In this document: in pieces, positions 26,951-37,082 of the stretch
Layout: each line of letters opens with the position of its first letter
Numbering within the stretch: position 1 is the first letter of the stretch
From: Myxococcota bacterium
GTDB lineage: Bacteria > Myxococcota_A > Polyangia > Nannocystales > Nannocystaceae
NCBI GenBank assembly: GCA_039194325.1
Contig: JBCCWC010000006.1
Location: 1 to 64,000, forward strand
Reading direction: 5' to 3'
Length of the DNA: 64,000 nucleotides
Notes under the pieces: model-generated
The model's input: the letters and a program-made list of their open reading frames with translations, nothing else
What the model was told of the DNA's origin: nothing
Databases searched by the model: none
Program-made: the position numbers and the translations under genes

Positions 26951-27874
26951 ATGGTGCGCTCGATGACCACCGCGCTCGGGGCGGTCGTGTTGGCCGCGAG
27001 CGCGCTGCCGTCCTGCACAGACGGCCCCGGCCGCGAAGACGTGGCGATCCAGCGGCTCGAGACCGCACTATGCGAGAAGCGAGCCGAGTGCGGGTGTGAG
27101 TTGTTCGAGCTGGAGGTCTGCGGCCGATGGCCGATCGTCGGCCAGTTCGGCAACGAGCGTCCTGCCCCCGAGCTCGCGTTCGACGCTGAGTGCCAAGAAC
27201 GCTGGCTGACCTGGGTCGACGAGCTGTCGTGCCAACGACCCGCGCTTCCCGGCTTCGCCCAGGTGTGCCCGCTCTACCACGGCACGATCCGCGAAGGCAT
27301 GGAGTGCACCGACGCAGGGATCGTCCAGAGCTCGTGCGGGCGGGGGCTGCTGTGCATCGCGGGCACCTGCCGCGACCCCCGCACGACGTCGTTCGGGGGC
27401 TTCGACCAACCCTGCGACCTCGGAGAGCGCTGCGACGACGAGCGGGCCCTGTGCGTCGACGGCAGGTGCGAGCGACTCCCCGGCACCGGGGAACCCTGCC
27501 TGCAATTCCAGTGCACCCTCGACCACACCTGCATCGACAACGGGTGTGTTCCCCTGCCTCAGGTCGGGGAGCCCTGCTTCGGGAACCGAGATTCCTGCAC
27601 GAGCGGGGCGTTTTGTGACCTCGACCTCAACACCGGGGAAGGACGATGCGAGCCCGTTGGTGACGTCGGCCAGCCCTGCCGAGGGCACCGCGAGTGTCGC
27701 AGCGGCAACTGCCCGGCGGGCGCGTGCGCGTCCCCGGCCGAGCCCGGCGAGCCGTGCTCCAATAACCTGCCCTGCGGCCCAGACTCGTTGTGCGCAGACG
27801 GCATCTGCCAGGCACAGGTGGAGGGCACGGCCCTCGTTGGCTCGGTCTGCGAGCTGCTCGTCTCGGTCCTTTGA
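26951..27874 (+). CDS. Cysteine-rich repeat lipoprotein
   Basis: ALPSC lipobox; repeated GEPC...C...C...C modules. Confidence 0.8.
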   Translation: MVRSMTTALGAVVLAASALPSCTDGPGREDVAIQRLETALCEKRAECGCELFELEVCGRWPIVGQFGNERPAPELAFDAECQERWLTWVDELSCQRPALPGFAQVCPLYHGTIREGMECTDAGIVQSSCGRGLLCIAGTCRDPRTTSFGGFDQPCDLGERCDDERALCVDGRCERLPGTGEPCLQFQCTLDHTCIDNGCVPLPQVGEPCFGNRDSCTSGAFCDLDLNTGEGRCEPVGDVGQPCRGHRECRSGNCPAGACASPAEPGEPCSNNLPCGPDSLCADGICQAQVEGTALVGSVCELLVSVL

Positions 27875-27922
27875 GCGGCTCGAATTGAAAGCCACCCCGT
27901 ATCGGTGGCACATTGAACGTCC

Positions 27923-28693
27923 GTGGATTTCGTCGCCGATCCCTTCGGAAGCCTGGTCGCCATCGCCTTCGGGCTGGTGGGAAGCGCAGCGTGGGTCATA
28001 GCCCTGTGGCAGGTGATCAAGGGGCAGAGCGTGGGTCTCAAGGAGCGCTGGGGCGGCTTCGGCCACGGCCTGGGCGGCTGGCAGGTGACGCCCCCGTTCG
28101 CGCTGATCCTCATCGGGGCCTCGGCCACCGGGATCGCGATCGCGGTCATGCAGCAGCTGCCCGACCGCCACCCGGTCCGAGACGCCGACGCCGACGGGGT
28201 GGTCGATCGCACCGACGAGTGCCCCGCCGCGGCCGAGGATCTCGACGGTCATTGGGACAACGACGGCTGCCCCGATCCCGACAACGACAAGGACGGCCGC
28301 CTCGACACGGACGATCAGTGCCCCGCCGATCCCGAGGACGTCGATGGCTTCGAAGACGTCGACGGCTGCCCCGATCCCGACAACGACCGCGACTCGGTGC
28401 CGGACGAGCGCGACGCCTGCCCTCGCCAGGCCGAAGATCGCGACCGCTACGAGGACGAAGACGGCTGCCCCGACCCCGACAACGACGGCGACGGGATCTG
28501 CGACCCGGGGATCGATCCCGTCGCGAGCAACGCGGCCTGCATCGTGTGGACCCAACGCGCTCGAGACCTGGTCCCACGACCGCCCCGCCCTATCGTGGAC
28601 GACCCGCCCGTAGCCACCGATCCGCCCGTAGCCACCGATCCCCCCCGCTCGGTCGAAGCTCCCCCCACGGATCCGGATCGATCCGCTCGGTGA
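27923..28693 (+). CDS. Membrane protein with two TM segments, a WGGFGxGLGGW loop and thrombospondin type 3-like repeats
   Basis: TM1-ERWGGFGHGLGGWQVT-TM2; repeated DxCP...EDxDGxxDxDGCPDPDND; Pro-rich tail and no OmpA domain. Confidence 0.8.
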   Translation: MDFVADPFGSLVAIAFGLVGSAAWVIALWQVIKGQSVGLKERWGGFGHGLGGWQVTPPFALILIGASATGIAIAVMQQLPDRHPVRDADADGVVDRTDECPAAAEDLDGHWDNDGCPDPDNDKDGRLDTDDQCPADPEDVDGFEDVDGCPDPDNDRDSVPDERDACPRQAEDRDRYEDEDGCPDPDNDGDGICDPGIDPVASNAACIVWTQRARDLVPRPPRPIVDDPPVATDPPVATDPPRSVEAPPTDPDRSAR

Positions 28694-28700
28694 ACCGGCG

Positions 28701-31700
28701 ATGAGCAAGAACCCACCGCCAGGGTCATGGTCCGACCGGGTCGGCCGCGGGCCCCATCCGTGGACCGACGCCGGGCTGGCGTACGCGCTGGGGCGACCAG
28801 GCCACCGGGCGGGCCGCCCCGTGTTCTACGCCGACTCGGCCGCTCGCGATCAGCTGGCGCGAGCGCTGGTCCGCTACGTGCGTCGCGAGACCTCTGGCGC
28901 GGCGTACTTGCTCGCCGCCGATCCGGGGACCGGCAAGACCACCACTATCGAGTGGGTCGTGCAGCAGCTGTACGCCGAGTGTCTGGCCCCGCGCTCCAAC
29001 TACGCCGGTCACCGCCCGCTGATGGTCCGCCTCTACGGCCCCAACCTGGCCCCCGTGCGCGACCCCCCGCCCGGGAGCGGCGGCAACCCGACGATCGAGC
29101 GTCGCTTCCCGCCGGTGCTGCAGCTGCTGCGCGACATGGCGGTGAGCTTGTTCGAGGCGGTCCTCACCGAGATCGAGCGCACTATAACCTTGCAGCTGCG
29201 CCCCGAGCAGCAGACCACCTCGACCGCGATCGAGCTGTTCTTGCAGCTGCGCCACGAGATGCGCCGCGGTCCGGTGGTCGCCGACCTCATGGCCTACTGG
29301 GAGCGCCTGGGCTGGGGCGAGCACGGAGCGTTCTCGCGAGAGCCCACCCACCGCGGGGCCGCCGAGGTCGCCGTGCTCCAAGATCTGGCCGAGGCCCGCC
29401 TGGCCGTGGTCTCCGAGTTCCACGACAAGCGCGGCTCCCGGGCCTCCGGCGAGGTCGAGCGCACCATGCAGAGCACGGTCCAGCCGATCGACCTGCTCAA
29501 GACCTCCACCGCCATCATTGCCGGAGCCGCCGCGGCCGCTGGCCTGGTCGTGGAGGGTAGCTGGGTCCTCGCCGGGATCGCCGGCCCGCTCATCACCGCC
29601 GGGGTGGGGGCGGGCCTGTCCTTCTCCAGCCGCCTCACCCGCCGCCAGAGCCGCCAGGACGAGCGAGCCTACACCCTCAAGGCCGACGTCGAGTCGCTGA
29701 TCCACCGGATCCCCCGGCTGCTGCAGGGCCTGCGCAAGGTGGGCCTGCACCCCGTGTTCGTGGTCGACGAGCTCGACAAGGTCGACCCCGAGCTGGTCAC
29801 CTACCTGGTCGACAACCTCAAGACCCAGGTCACCGAGCAGAGCTTCTTTTGCTTCTTGACCGACGTGGGCTCGGCGACCGCCGAGGAGCAAGGAGCCGGC
29901 GACAACCAGCAGCTGGAGTATCGACACTTCTGGGATCGGATCTATCTGTTTCAGACCACCGCCGCCCTACACGGCTACCTGCAGGTGTTCTTGGCCGAGG
30001 AACAGGCCGAGGGCGACGTGCAGCACGAAGCGGTGGCCATGCTACGCCACATTCTGCTGCTGCGCTCCGAGCACCACACGCTCCGGCTCCATCGCGAGCT
30101 GGATCGGGCGCTGCGCGAGGGCCTGCTCGCACGGATCGACAGCGACGCCGAGGGCTTCGTCGACGACCCGGCCATGCGCCTGCGCTTGCGCTTTGCCTTG
30201 GCCACCGAGTGGGCCATGGCCGAGCTCGCAGCCGAGATCTCCAACGACCCCCAGCGCATGCAGATCGCCAAGGACGTGCTGTACCGGCCCTGGCGCAGCT
30301 GGAAGCACAACGAGGAGCGCTGCCCCCTGACCCGCCTGGAGATCTACCAGGAGGTACGCGAGGCCTCGGGCGATCGCGACTTCGCCGGACACGTGGCCCG
30401 AGCGCTCGACACCCTGCTGGACCGGCTGTCCGACACCGGCTTCTCCAGCGCCGACGCCCCCGACGACGCCCGCACCCGGGCGTACCTGGGCCTGCAGCGT
30501 CCGCCGACCCAGCTCGCGGGTGAGCCGGTGATCGAGGATGGTTGCAAGCGCCGGGTAGAGGCTCACGCGCACGTCGAGCCCCTGCTCGAGCGCGACACCG
30601 GCAAGTGGCTCGAGCGGCCCGCCATCGTGCAAGAGCTCGACATCGAGAACCGACTGCAGCAGCTGGCCGGGACCTCGTGCGTGCAAGCTGTCGGAGGGCT
30701 GGATGCATGCGTCGGCGCGCTCTTCGATGGGCCTCCGCCGCAGCGGGCGGTCATCGTGCAGCGCGAGCAAGACATCGTGGCGGTCGCCTTCCTGGCCCGG
30801 CTGCTGGCGGTCACCTTCGAACAGACCCATACCCGGGCGCTCGAGGCGGTGAAGTTGGTGGCGGCGGGGGAGGTCCGGATCGCCAAAGAGACGATCGAGC
30901 AGCTCGGCCGCCACTTACGCATCGACGATCTCGACGACCTGGTAGAAGCCGCCGACGCCGCGAGCCTCGAGGCGCGGCTTCGAGACCGCCGGCACCTAGA
31001 CGCCAAGTTCTTCGAGCAACTCAAGGACAAGTGGCACGACGATTGGACACGACGACTGCTCTCGCCCCAGGACAAGGACGACCGAAGCAGCGTGCTCGAC
31101 CCGATCGCCGATCTGCTGGACTGGCCTCGACGCGCGCTGTGGCAGTTTCGGCGCGCTACCGACCAAGGACAGATCGACATCAATTCGATCGCGCGGTGGA
31201 GCGAGCTGGTCTACGCCGCGTTCAAAGGGGATCTACCCGCGGTGTTTGGCGTCCTCGCCCTCGAGAAGCTGGGTTTTGCTCCCAAGTCGAGGAGCGATCT
31301 GAGCGACCAGCAAGACCGTGATGGGATTGAGGTCCAGCTCACGCTCGAGCACGCTATCGAGGTGTTTCGCTGCGCTGAGCCCACAAAACGCCGGCTGACC
31401 GAGCTCCTCCAGCGACGACACCCAACCCCCAAGAGCCTCCTGACCATCGCCACCAAGCCGGGCGGCGTAGGAGATACCTGGACCGTCGATCCGCTCTACC
31501 CCACGCTGCTGCTCGACACCGACCGCAGCGACGTCGAGGCGATGCTGTCGTGGGTCAACGAGCGCACAAGAGGAACGGCCCCCACGCTGCACTTCGGCCG
31601 GATGGAGGAGGACTACCTGTCCCGAGGCGACGGACTGCGCGCCTACGTCCTCGCCACCGGAGATCTCAAGATCCCCGGGGCCCCCGACCTTCCGGTGATC

Positions 31701-31766
31701 AGCGACCCGGGTAGCCCGCGCCAGCTCGTCGAAGAGCTCGACAAGGCGCGCCCGAGCTCCTCCTGA
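28701..31766 (+). CDS. Large P-loop NTPase with inserted hydrophobic hairpin (KAP-like)
   Basis: Walker A AADPGTGKTT, Walker B VFVVDELDK, hydrophobic segment IIAGAAAAAGLVV...LAGIAGPLITAGVGAGLSF between them; 7 bp after the upstream gene. Confidence 0.8.
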   Translation: MSKNPPPGSWSDRVGRGPHPWTDAGLAYALGRPGHRAGRPVFYADSAARDQLARALVRYVRRETSGAAYLLAADPGTGKTTTIEWVVQQLYAECLAPRSNYAGHRPLMVRLYGPNLAPVRDPPPGSGGNPTIERRFPPVLQLLRDMAVSLFEAVLTEIERTITLQLRPEQQTTSTAIELFLQLRHEMRRGPVVADLMAYWERLGWGEHGAFSREPTHRGAAEVAVLQDLAEARLAVVSEFHDKRGSRASGEVERTMQSTVQPIDLLKTSTAIIAGAAAAAGLVVEGSWVLAGIAGPLITAGVGAGLSFSSRLTRRQSRQDERAYTLKADVESLIHRIPRLLQGLRKVGLHPVFVVDELDKVDPELVTYLVDNLKTQVTEQSFFCFLTDVGSATAEEQGAGDNQQLEYRHFWDRIYLFQTTAALHGYLQVFLAEEQAEGDVQHEAVAMLRHILLLRSEHHTLRLHRELDRALREGLLARIDSDAEGFVDDPAMRLRLRFALATEWAMAELAAEISNDPQRMQIAKDVLYRPWRSWKHNEERCPLTRLEIYQEVREASGDRDFAGHVARALDTLLDRLSDTGFSSADAPDDARTRAYLGLQRPPTQLAGEPVIEDGCKRRVEAHAHVEPLLERDTGKWLERPAIVQELDIENRLQQLAGTSCVQAVGGLDACVGALFDGPPPQRAVIVQREQDIVAVAFLARLLAVTFEQTHTRALEAVKLVAAGEVRIAKETIEQLGRHLRIDDLDDLVEAADAASLEARLRDRRHLDAKFFEQLKDKWHDDWTRRLLSPQDKDDRSSVLDPIADLLDWPRRALWQFRRATDQGQIDINSIARWSELVYAAFKGDLPAVFGVLALEKLGFAPKSRSDLSDQQDRDGIEVQLTLEHAIEVFRCAEPTKRRLTELLQRRHPTPKSLLTIATKPGGVGDTWTVDPLYPTLLLDTDRSDVEAMLSWVNERTRGTAPTLHFGRMEEDYLSRGDGLRAYVLATGDLKIPGAPDLPVISDPGSPRQLVEELDKARPSSS

Positions 31767-31798
31767 CGCGCCCTCGCCCCCGCCCCTGTCTCCGCCTC

Positions 31799-32764
31799 CT
31801 ACGAGGACTCTTGCTTCCAGTGCCGCGCCCGCGAAGGCGGCGAGCCGATCACCGGCCCGAGATCCTGGGTGACCCTCTTGTCGAGCATGTTCATGCGCAC
31901 GGTGGGCGCGTCGTCGTCGAAGGGCTCGGGTGCCGCCTCGACCGGAGCCGAACGACGACCCGACCGCGGCGCCCCGGCGAACGCGAGCCCCAGCGCGTCG
32001 CCGTCGACCCAAGCCACCCGGGCCGCGAGCACGTGCTCGCGCACCCCTCCGCCGGCCTCCAGCAGCAGGCTCAGCCAGACGATCTCGTCAAACTCCACCT
32101 GATGGCCGGACGTGACGACCTGAGCGCCGTCGACCCCCAGATCGCGGATCCGACACGGATGCTCGGCCTCCGAGGCCAAGCGCAGCGTGGCGGGCAGCGA
32201 GCAGCGGAAGCGCCAGAACGCCCGGCGCTCGTCCGACCCGACCGGTGGCCGCAGGTTCTCGGCCAGCGCCTCGAATCGCTCCACCCCCTCGGGCGTGGAC
32301 AGCTCTCCCCGGCGGTGGCGGGCGCGAAGCTTGCGATACTCGATGATCTCGTCGAGCCGCCGACCGCCGTGTTCGATCCCGTCGGGACCCGTCAGCAGCA
32401 CGGGCACGTGCTCGTCACCCTGACGCACCCGAGTGGTCGGCACCCGCTCGTGCGCGGGCTCGTAGACCATCTCGGTGTCGGCGATCCGCACGATGGCGTG
32501 GGGCCGCAGCACCTCTCGCTCGATGCGTCGCCCATCGATGAAGGTGCCGTTGCTGCTGACCAGGTCGACCAGCACGTGCAGGCCTTGGTCATCGAGCGCG
32601 ATGTGGGCGTGCTGGCGTGAGACCGACTCGTGGACGAGCTGGAGGTCGGAGCCGTTCGCTCGACCGATGCCGAAGCGATCGACCAGCGGGTGGATCGTGC
32701 CGCGCCGCGGCCCGCTGAGGATCCGCAGCTGCCAAGAAGGGGCGTCGGTAGGAGGGTGGTCCAT
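31799..32764 (-). CDS. FHA-domain plus PilZ-domain protein
   Basis: GIGRA...SVSRQHA...DLVSSNGTF (FHA); ERRAFWR and DLGVDGA (PilZ motifs). Start placed at ATG 32764. Confidence 0.88.
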   Translation of the reverse strand: MDHPPTDAPSWQLRILSGPRRGTIHPLVDRFGIGRANGSDLQLVHESVSRQHAHIALDDQGLHVLVDLVSSNGTFIDGRRIEREVLRPHAIVRIADTEMVYEPAHERVPTTRVRQGDEHVPVLLTGPDGIEHGGRRLDEIIEYRKLRARHRRGELSTPEGVERFEALAENLRPPVGSDERRAFWRFRCSLPATLRLASEAEHPCRIRDLGVDGAQVVTSGHQVEFDEIVWLSLLLEAGGGVREHVLAARVAWVDGDALGLAFAGAPRSGRRSAPVEAAPEPFDDDAPTVRMNMLDKRVTQDLGPVIGSPPSRARHWKQESS

Positions 32765-32875
32765 TGGGAAGGCTCCCGTGTTGGGCCCAATACCCCATGG
32801 ACTAGCATCGAAATGGCCGCTGTCACCGACCAAGGGCCCGAAATGCGGCGGCCCCTGATGGTCCCTTCGGTCCCT

Positions 32876-34258
32876 TCAGTGGAATTGAGGGTTTACCCGA
32901 TCCAGCTCGGCCGTAATCGCCTCGTGGGCCGCGCGGTCGAGCGGATATCGCAGCGCGATGACGAACCCGATGACGGTACACACACATGGGACCCCGATAT
33001 AGAGCGCGCGCAGCACGTCGAGCACGTGCTGGGGTTGGGCTTGGTTGGGCTGATATCCCACCGCATCCAAGGTGAACATGGCCAGCCCCACCCCCAGCCC
33101 GGCCGCGGTCTTCTCGGCGATCGACCAAAGACCCCCGTAGAGCCCCTCGCGGCGCTCCCCGGTGCGTAGCTCGTCGTGATCGATGACGTCGGCCTGCATG
33201 GCGTAGGGCATGGCCAAGACCGCCACCCCACCGACCCCCGAGCACACGACCAAGGTGCCATAAAGCCACGCCTGGCCGGGCCCCACGAAGGTCACCCCCG
33301 CGAAGAACCCGGCATTGACCGCCATCGAGGCCAGCCATGTGACCTTCTTGCCACGCCGTCGCGACAGCGCGATCCAGGCGGGCAGGCTCAGCATGCCCAC
33401 CCCGAAGTACATCAGCAGGAACAGGGGCAGCAGCCGCTCGGCATCGAGCACATAGGTGACGAAATAGCTGATCAGCACCGCGGGCAGGCCGCTGCCCACG
33501 GCGATCACCACGAACGCAGAGAGCAGGATCACGAACGGCCGATTCTCGAACGCCTGACGCAGCTGCGCCGCGACCTCCACCCGCGATGGAGTAGGCCCCG
33601 CCTGGCCGGTGAAGCGCTCGTGCACCCGCCGCACGCACACCAGGCAGGTGATCACCAGCACCGGAGCCGCCACCGCCACGTACCCCGCGAATTTGCGGCG
33701 CTCGTCGCTGCCCTCGCCGAGCGTAAGCTCGACGATCCCGGGGCCCACCGAGGCCACCACCGTGCCCACCACCAATAAGCCCTCACGGATCGAGAACAGC
33801 GTGGTGCGCTCATCGTAATCGTCGGTCAGCTCGGGGCCGAGCGCTCGGTAGGGCACGTTGACCGCGGTCAGCGCGAGAAACCAGGCCAAGATTACGAAGC
33901 TGGCCCACGCGGTGGCCCCGGCCCCCTGAAGACGCGCGGGGGGCACATAGAGCGCCACCGTCAGCAGAGCCAGGGGCACGCAGCCCCAGCGGATCCACGG
34001 TCGCCTTCGCCCCTGCGCGGAGCGGCTACGATCCGACAGTAGCCCGACCAAAGGGTCGGTGATCGCATCGATCACCCGCCCAGCTACGAACACCACGCCC
34101 AGCCACGCCACCGGGACCCCCACCACATCGCTGTAGAAGCGGGGCAGGTAGACCAAGATCGGCACGCCCACCAGCGCGAGCCCCAGGTTGGGGAGTCCGT
34201 AGGCGAGGCGGGTCCGCAGGGGGAGCCCGGAAGCGCGAGGCATGGTGAGCGCGCTCAT
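32876..34258 (-). CDS. MFS transporter, GPH/MelB-like family
   Basis: DAITDPLVGLLSDR, GRRRPW, PELTDDYDERT, ADVIDHDELRTGERREGLY. Confidence 0.92.
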   Translation of the reverse strand: MSALTMPRASGLPLRTRLAYGLPNLGLALVGVPILVYLPRFYSDVVGVPVAWLGVVFVAGRVIDAITDPLVGLLSDRSRSAQGRRRPWIRWGCVPLALLTVALYVPPARLQGAGATAWASFVILAWFLALTAVNVPYRALGPELTDDYDERTTLFSIREGLLVVGTVVASVGPGIVELTLGEGSDERRKFAGYVAVAAPVLVITCLVCVRRVHERFTGQAGPTPSRVEVAAQLRQAFENRPFVILLSAFVVIAVGSGLPAVLISYFVTYVLDAERLLPLFLLMYFGVGMLSLPAWIALSRRRGKKVTWLASMAVNAGFFAGVTFVGPGQAWLYGTLVVCSGVGGVAVLAMPYAMQADVIDHDELRTGERREGLYGGLWSIAEKTAAGLGVGLAMFTLDAVGYQPNQAQPQHVLDVLRALYIGVPCVCTVIGFVIALRYPLDRAAHEAITAELDRVNPQFH

Positions 34259-34329
34259 GCGAACACGATCGCTCCTCCGGCGCAATGCTTGCACGCGGCT
34301 CGTGCAATGAACTCCGCTAGCTTGAAGGT

Positions 34330-34827
34330 ATGGGCAACGATCTCACAGCCTTCATCGAAGCGGTGGGACGACGTGTGGGCCACGGCGACCCTACGAACCT
34401 CGCACGGGTGACCCGAGCCACCCTGCGCGCGCTGGGCCGCCACCTGGGCGGGATGTCGCATGCGCTGGGCGATTTCATTCCGGCCGCGCTCCAGGCCGAG
34501 CTCGAGGCGGGCGAGTTCTACCCGCAGGTCGGGCCGGCCGCCTTCTATCTCAAGATCTCCAACGAGCTGGGGATCCGGGTCGGGCTGGCGCTGGAGATCG
34601 CCCAGTCGGTGGTGGCCGAGCTCGCCGACCGGCTCACCGAGGCCGGGCGTCAAAGGCTACGCCGGCGATTGCCTCCGGCCTGGGCCACCTTCATCGACCA
34701 ACCCGGCCTTCACGAGATCCCCCTCGGCCGCGGTCACGTGCTCAGCCGCCACCACCGCCGAGCCATGTGCTTGCTGTCGGGGCATGGGCAGGAGCTCGGA
34801 GTCACCCCATCGGTCGCGATGGCCTGA
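34330..34827 (+). CDS. DUF2267-like protein
   Basis: FIEAV...TRATLRALGRHL...LRRRLPPAW helical pattern. Confidence 0.55.
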   Translation: MGNDLTAFIEAVGRRVGHGDPTNLARVTRATLRALGRHLGGMSHALGDFIPAALQAELEAGEFYPQVGPAAFYLKISNELGIRVGLALEIAQSVVAELADRLTEAGRQRLRRRLPPAWATFIDQPGLHEIPLGRGHVLSRHHRRAMCLLSGHGQELGVTPSVAMA

Positions 34828-34915
34828 AGAGTGGCGCGATTTGCGCGCCTCTTCCTCCCTCGCGCGGTCGCCCTACGATCCTTGGGGGTCTGCCCGAGCG
34901 CCGCGTTCGATGATC

Positions 34916-35011
34916 CACATCATCCCCGAGGCCGTCTATCAGGCCTTCTACCGCCTCGACGACGCCGCCTCCCAGATCCGCAGCTTCGTGTTCGACGTGG
35001 TGCGGGCACGG
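34916..35011 (+). pseudogene. Short SPFH/band-7 domain fragment
   Basis: IIPEAVYQAFYRLDDAASQIRSFVFDVVRAR resembles the conserved AFYxL...QIxxxVFDVVR segment of SPFH proteins; flanks are non-homologous. Confidence 0.6.
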
Positions 35012-35145
35012 ACTACCACCATCACCACCAGGGTTCACCTCCGATCGTCGGATGATCGGCTGGATGCCCTGAGCGCCACCCCCCGAGGAGGCCTCCGCCA
35101 CGGAGGCCTCCTTCGTTCGTTCGGGCTTGCTAGGCTCGCCCCGCC

Positions 35146-36060
35146 GTGTCCCTGCGCGCGTGGATCCAGTCCTGCCGGCCTTTGGCCCAGGTCAACATCG
35201 CGATCCCCCTGCTGCTGGGCGAGATGATCGCGTGGACCGAGTGCCTGCGCCTGGACGTGGCCCTGCTCGTCGTCGCCCACGTCTTCGGGGTGCTCGACCA
35301 CCTCTTCATCGTCTGGGCCAACGACGTGGCCGACGAGGCGGCCGATCGTCACAACGAGACCCCCACCCTCTTCTCTGGTGGCTCGCGGGTCCTGCCCGAG
35401 GGCAAGCTCGGGTCGGCCCAGCTCGCGCGGGCTGCTGCCGTCGCGGTGCTCGCCATGCTGGGCCTGAGCCTCTATGCCGCGATCTCCCTCGATCGCCCCG
35501 CGACCCCGCTGGCCTGGGCGCTGGCCGTCGCGCTCTTGTGGGCGTACAGCTTCCCGCCTGCCCGGCTGTCGTACCGTGGCGCTGGGGCGATCACCCAGGC
35601 CTTCGGGATGATGGTCGTCTTGCCCTTGCTGGGCTTCTACCTGCAATGCAGCGGGATCGGCGGGTTCCCCTGGGCCGCGCTCGTTCCCGCGGTGATGCTA
35701 GGGCTGGCCAGCAACATCACCACCGCGCTGCCCGATCACCCCGCCGACGAGGCCACCGGCAAGGCGACCTGGCCCGTGCGCTACGGCCCCCGACGCGCCC
35801 GCAAGCACAGCCTGCAGCTTATCGCGCTGGGCGCGGTATGCACCCCGCTGGTCGTCCCCGATCTTCCGCAGATGGGCTGGGCCGCCATCGAGGCGCTGCC
35901 GCTGTTGCTCGTGCTCGTCAACGCGCGAGCGCTCGACCGGGCCGAGGCCGACGACCGGGCCGCGTGCCTACGCTTCGTCGTCCTCAACGGCGCCGCGATC
36001 AACCTGACGATCTTCGGCTGGATCGTCGCGCTCGCCCTGCGCCCGGCGTGGGGCTGGTGA
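35146..36060 (+). CDS. UbiA-superfamily prenyltransferase (MenA-like)
   Basis: AWIQSCRP, ANDVADEAAD, FSGGSR, YSFPPARLSYRG, LPDHPADEATGKAT. Confidence 0.82.
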   Translation: MSLRAWIQSCRPLAQVNIAIPLLLGEMIAWTECLRLDVALLVVAHVFGVLDHLFIVWANDVADEAADRHNETPTLFSGGSRVLPEGKLGSAQLARAAAVAVLAMLGLSLYAAISLDRPATPLAWALAVALLWAYSFPPARLSYRGAGAITQAFGMMVVLPLLGFYLQCSGIGGFPWAALVPAVMLGLASNITTALPDHPADEATGKATWPVRYGPRRARKHSLQLIALGAVCTPLVVPDLPQMGWAAIEALPLLLVLVNARALDRAEADDRAACLRFVVLNGAAINLTIFGWIVALALRPAWGW

Positions 36061-36074
36061 GCTACGATCCACCG

Positions 36075-36950
36075 ATGCGTCACGCCGCCCTCGCATCGCT
36101 GGTGATCATGGTCGCGTGTACCAGCCGCGAGGGTCCTGACGTGCCGCAGGTACCGCAGGGCCCGCCAGCGCCCCGAGCATCCGCGGCGGTGGACACGACC
36201 ACGGCCGACACCACCGTGTGGGTCTGGCGCGCGGATCCTCCCGAGTCCCGCGACCCGAGCTATCTGCTGGGGGTGGTGGGTCAGCAGGGCACCCCTCGCT
36301 GCACCGCCGACGACAACTACGACGCGCAGTGGGTGGGCGTGTACCCCACGATCGGACGGGTGAGCGTGGGTGGCCCCGAAGATCCGGTGTTCGACTCGGT
36401 CATGGACCAGCCGGTGCTCGCGCTGGGTCAGCCCCGGCCTCGGCCTGTGCGTACCGTCGAGCCTAGTGGCGACCCGGATGGCGACCCGGGTAGCGAGCCC
36501 TGTGCCCCCATGCAGATGCGGAGCGACTGGCGGCAGACCCCGCGCGGGATCTTGGTCGTGCGCGAGCCGGCCCCGAGCATCGAGCACTTCGAGGTGCAGG
36601 CCCTGCGACCGCTCCACGAGTTATCGGCCCGGCTCGACGCAGACGCCGTGATGGTGACGCTGCAAAATCCCGTGCCGGTTGTCCTCGAAGACGTGTCCTT
36701 GCGTGTGCATTACGAGGGTTGCTTCGGCAAGCCGGGCACCACCACCAAGACCCACGAGATCGGTAAGCTGGGGCTCGGCGCGGTGGCATCGACTCGCGTC
36801 GTTCAGCAGACCACCGAGGCCGACTCCCCGCCGGGTCGACGGATCTTCCGCGCCGCCTCGGTGCAGCTGGTGGGCCGCGCGGACGGGGTGGTGATCGATC
36901 TCGACGTCCCGCTACGAGCGCTGGGGGCCACGGTGGACTGCCCACGCTGA
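36075..36950 (+). CDS. Hypothetical lipoprotein
   Basis: MRHAALASLVIMVAC lipobox; start placed at 36075. Confidence 0.7.
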   Translation: MRHAALASLVIMVACTSREGPDVPQVPQGPPAPRASAAVDTTTADTTVWVWRADPPESRDPSYLLGVVGQQGTPRCTADDNYDAQWVGVYPTIGRVSVGGPEDPVFDSVMDQPVLALGQPRPRPVRTVEPSGDPDGDPGSEPCAPMQMRSDWRQTPRGILVVREPAPSIEHFEVQALRPLHELSARLDADAVMVTLQNPVPVVLEDVSLRVHYEGCFGKPGTTTKTHEIGKLGLGAVASTRVVQQTTEADSPPGRRIFRAASVQLVGRADGVVIDLDVPLRALGATVDCPR

Positions 36951-37082
36951 CCCGGTGAGCCCACGGCGCGATCGCGGGACCTCCCCGCCGCCAAGATCGG
37001 CCCGTACGGCCCCCTGCTCGCGAAAATTCCGGGCCCGCTCCAGGGGCTTGCCGCTCGACCTCCACGGGGTACCATCCCCGCG

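Noticed and set aside
35127..36074. N-terminal half of the 607-aa + ORF
   Set aside because: Arg/Pro-rich off-frame reading of the prenyltransferase; the real lipoprotein starts at 36075.
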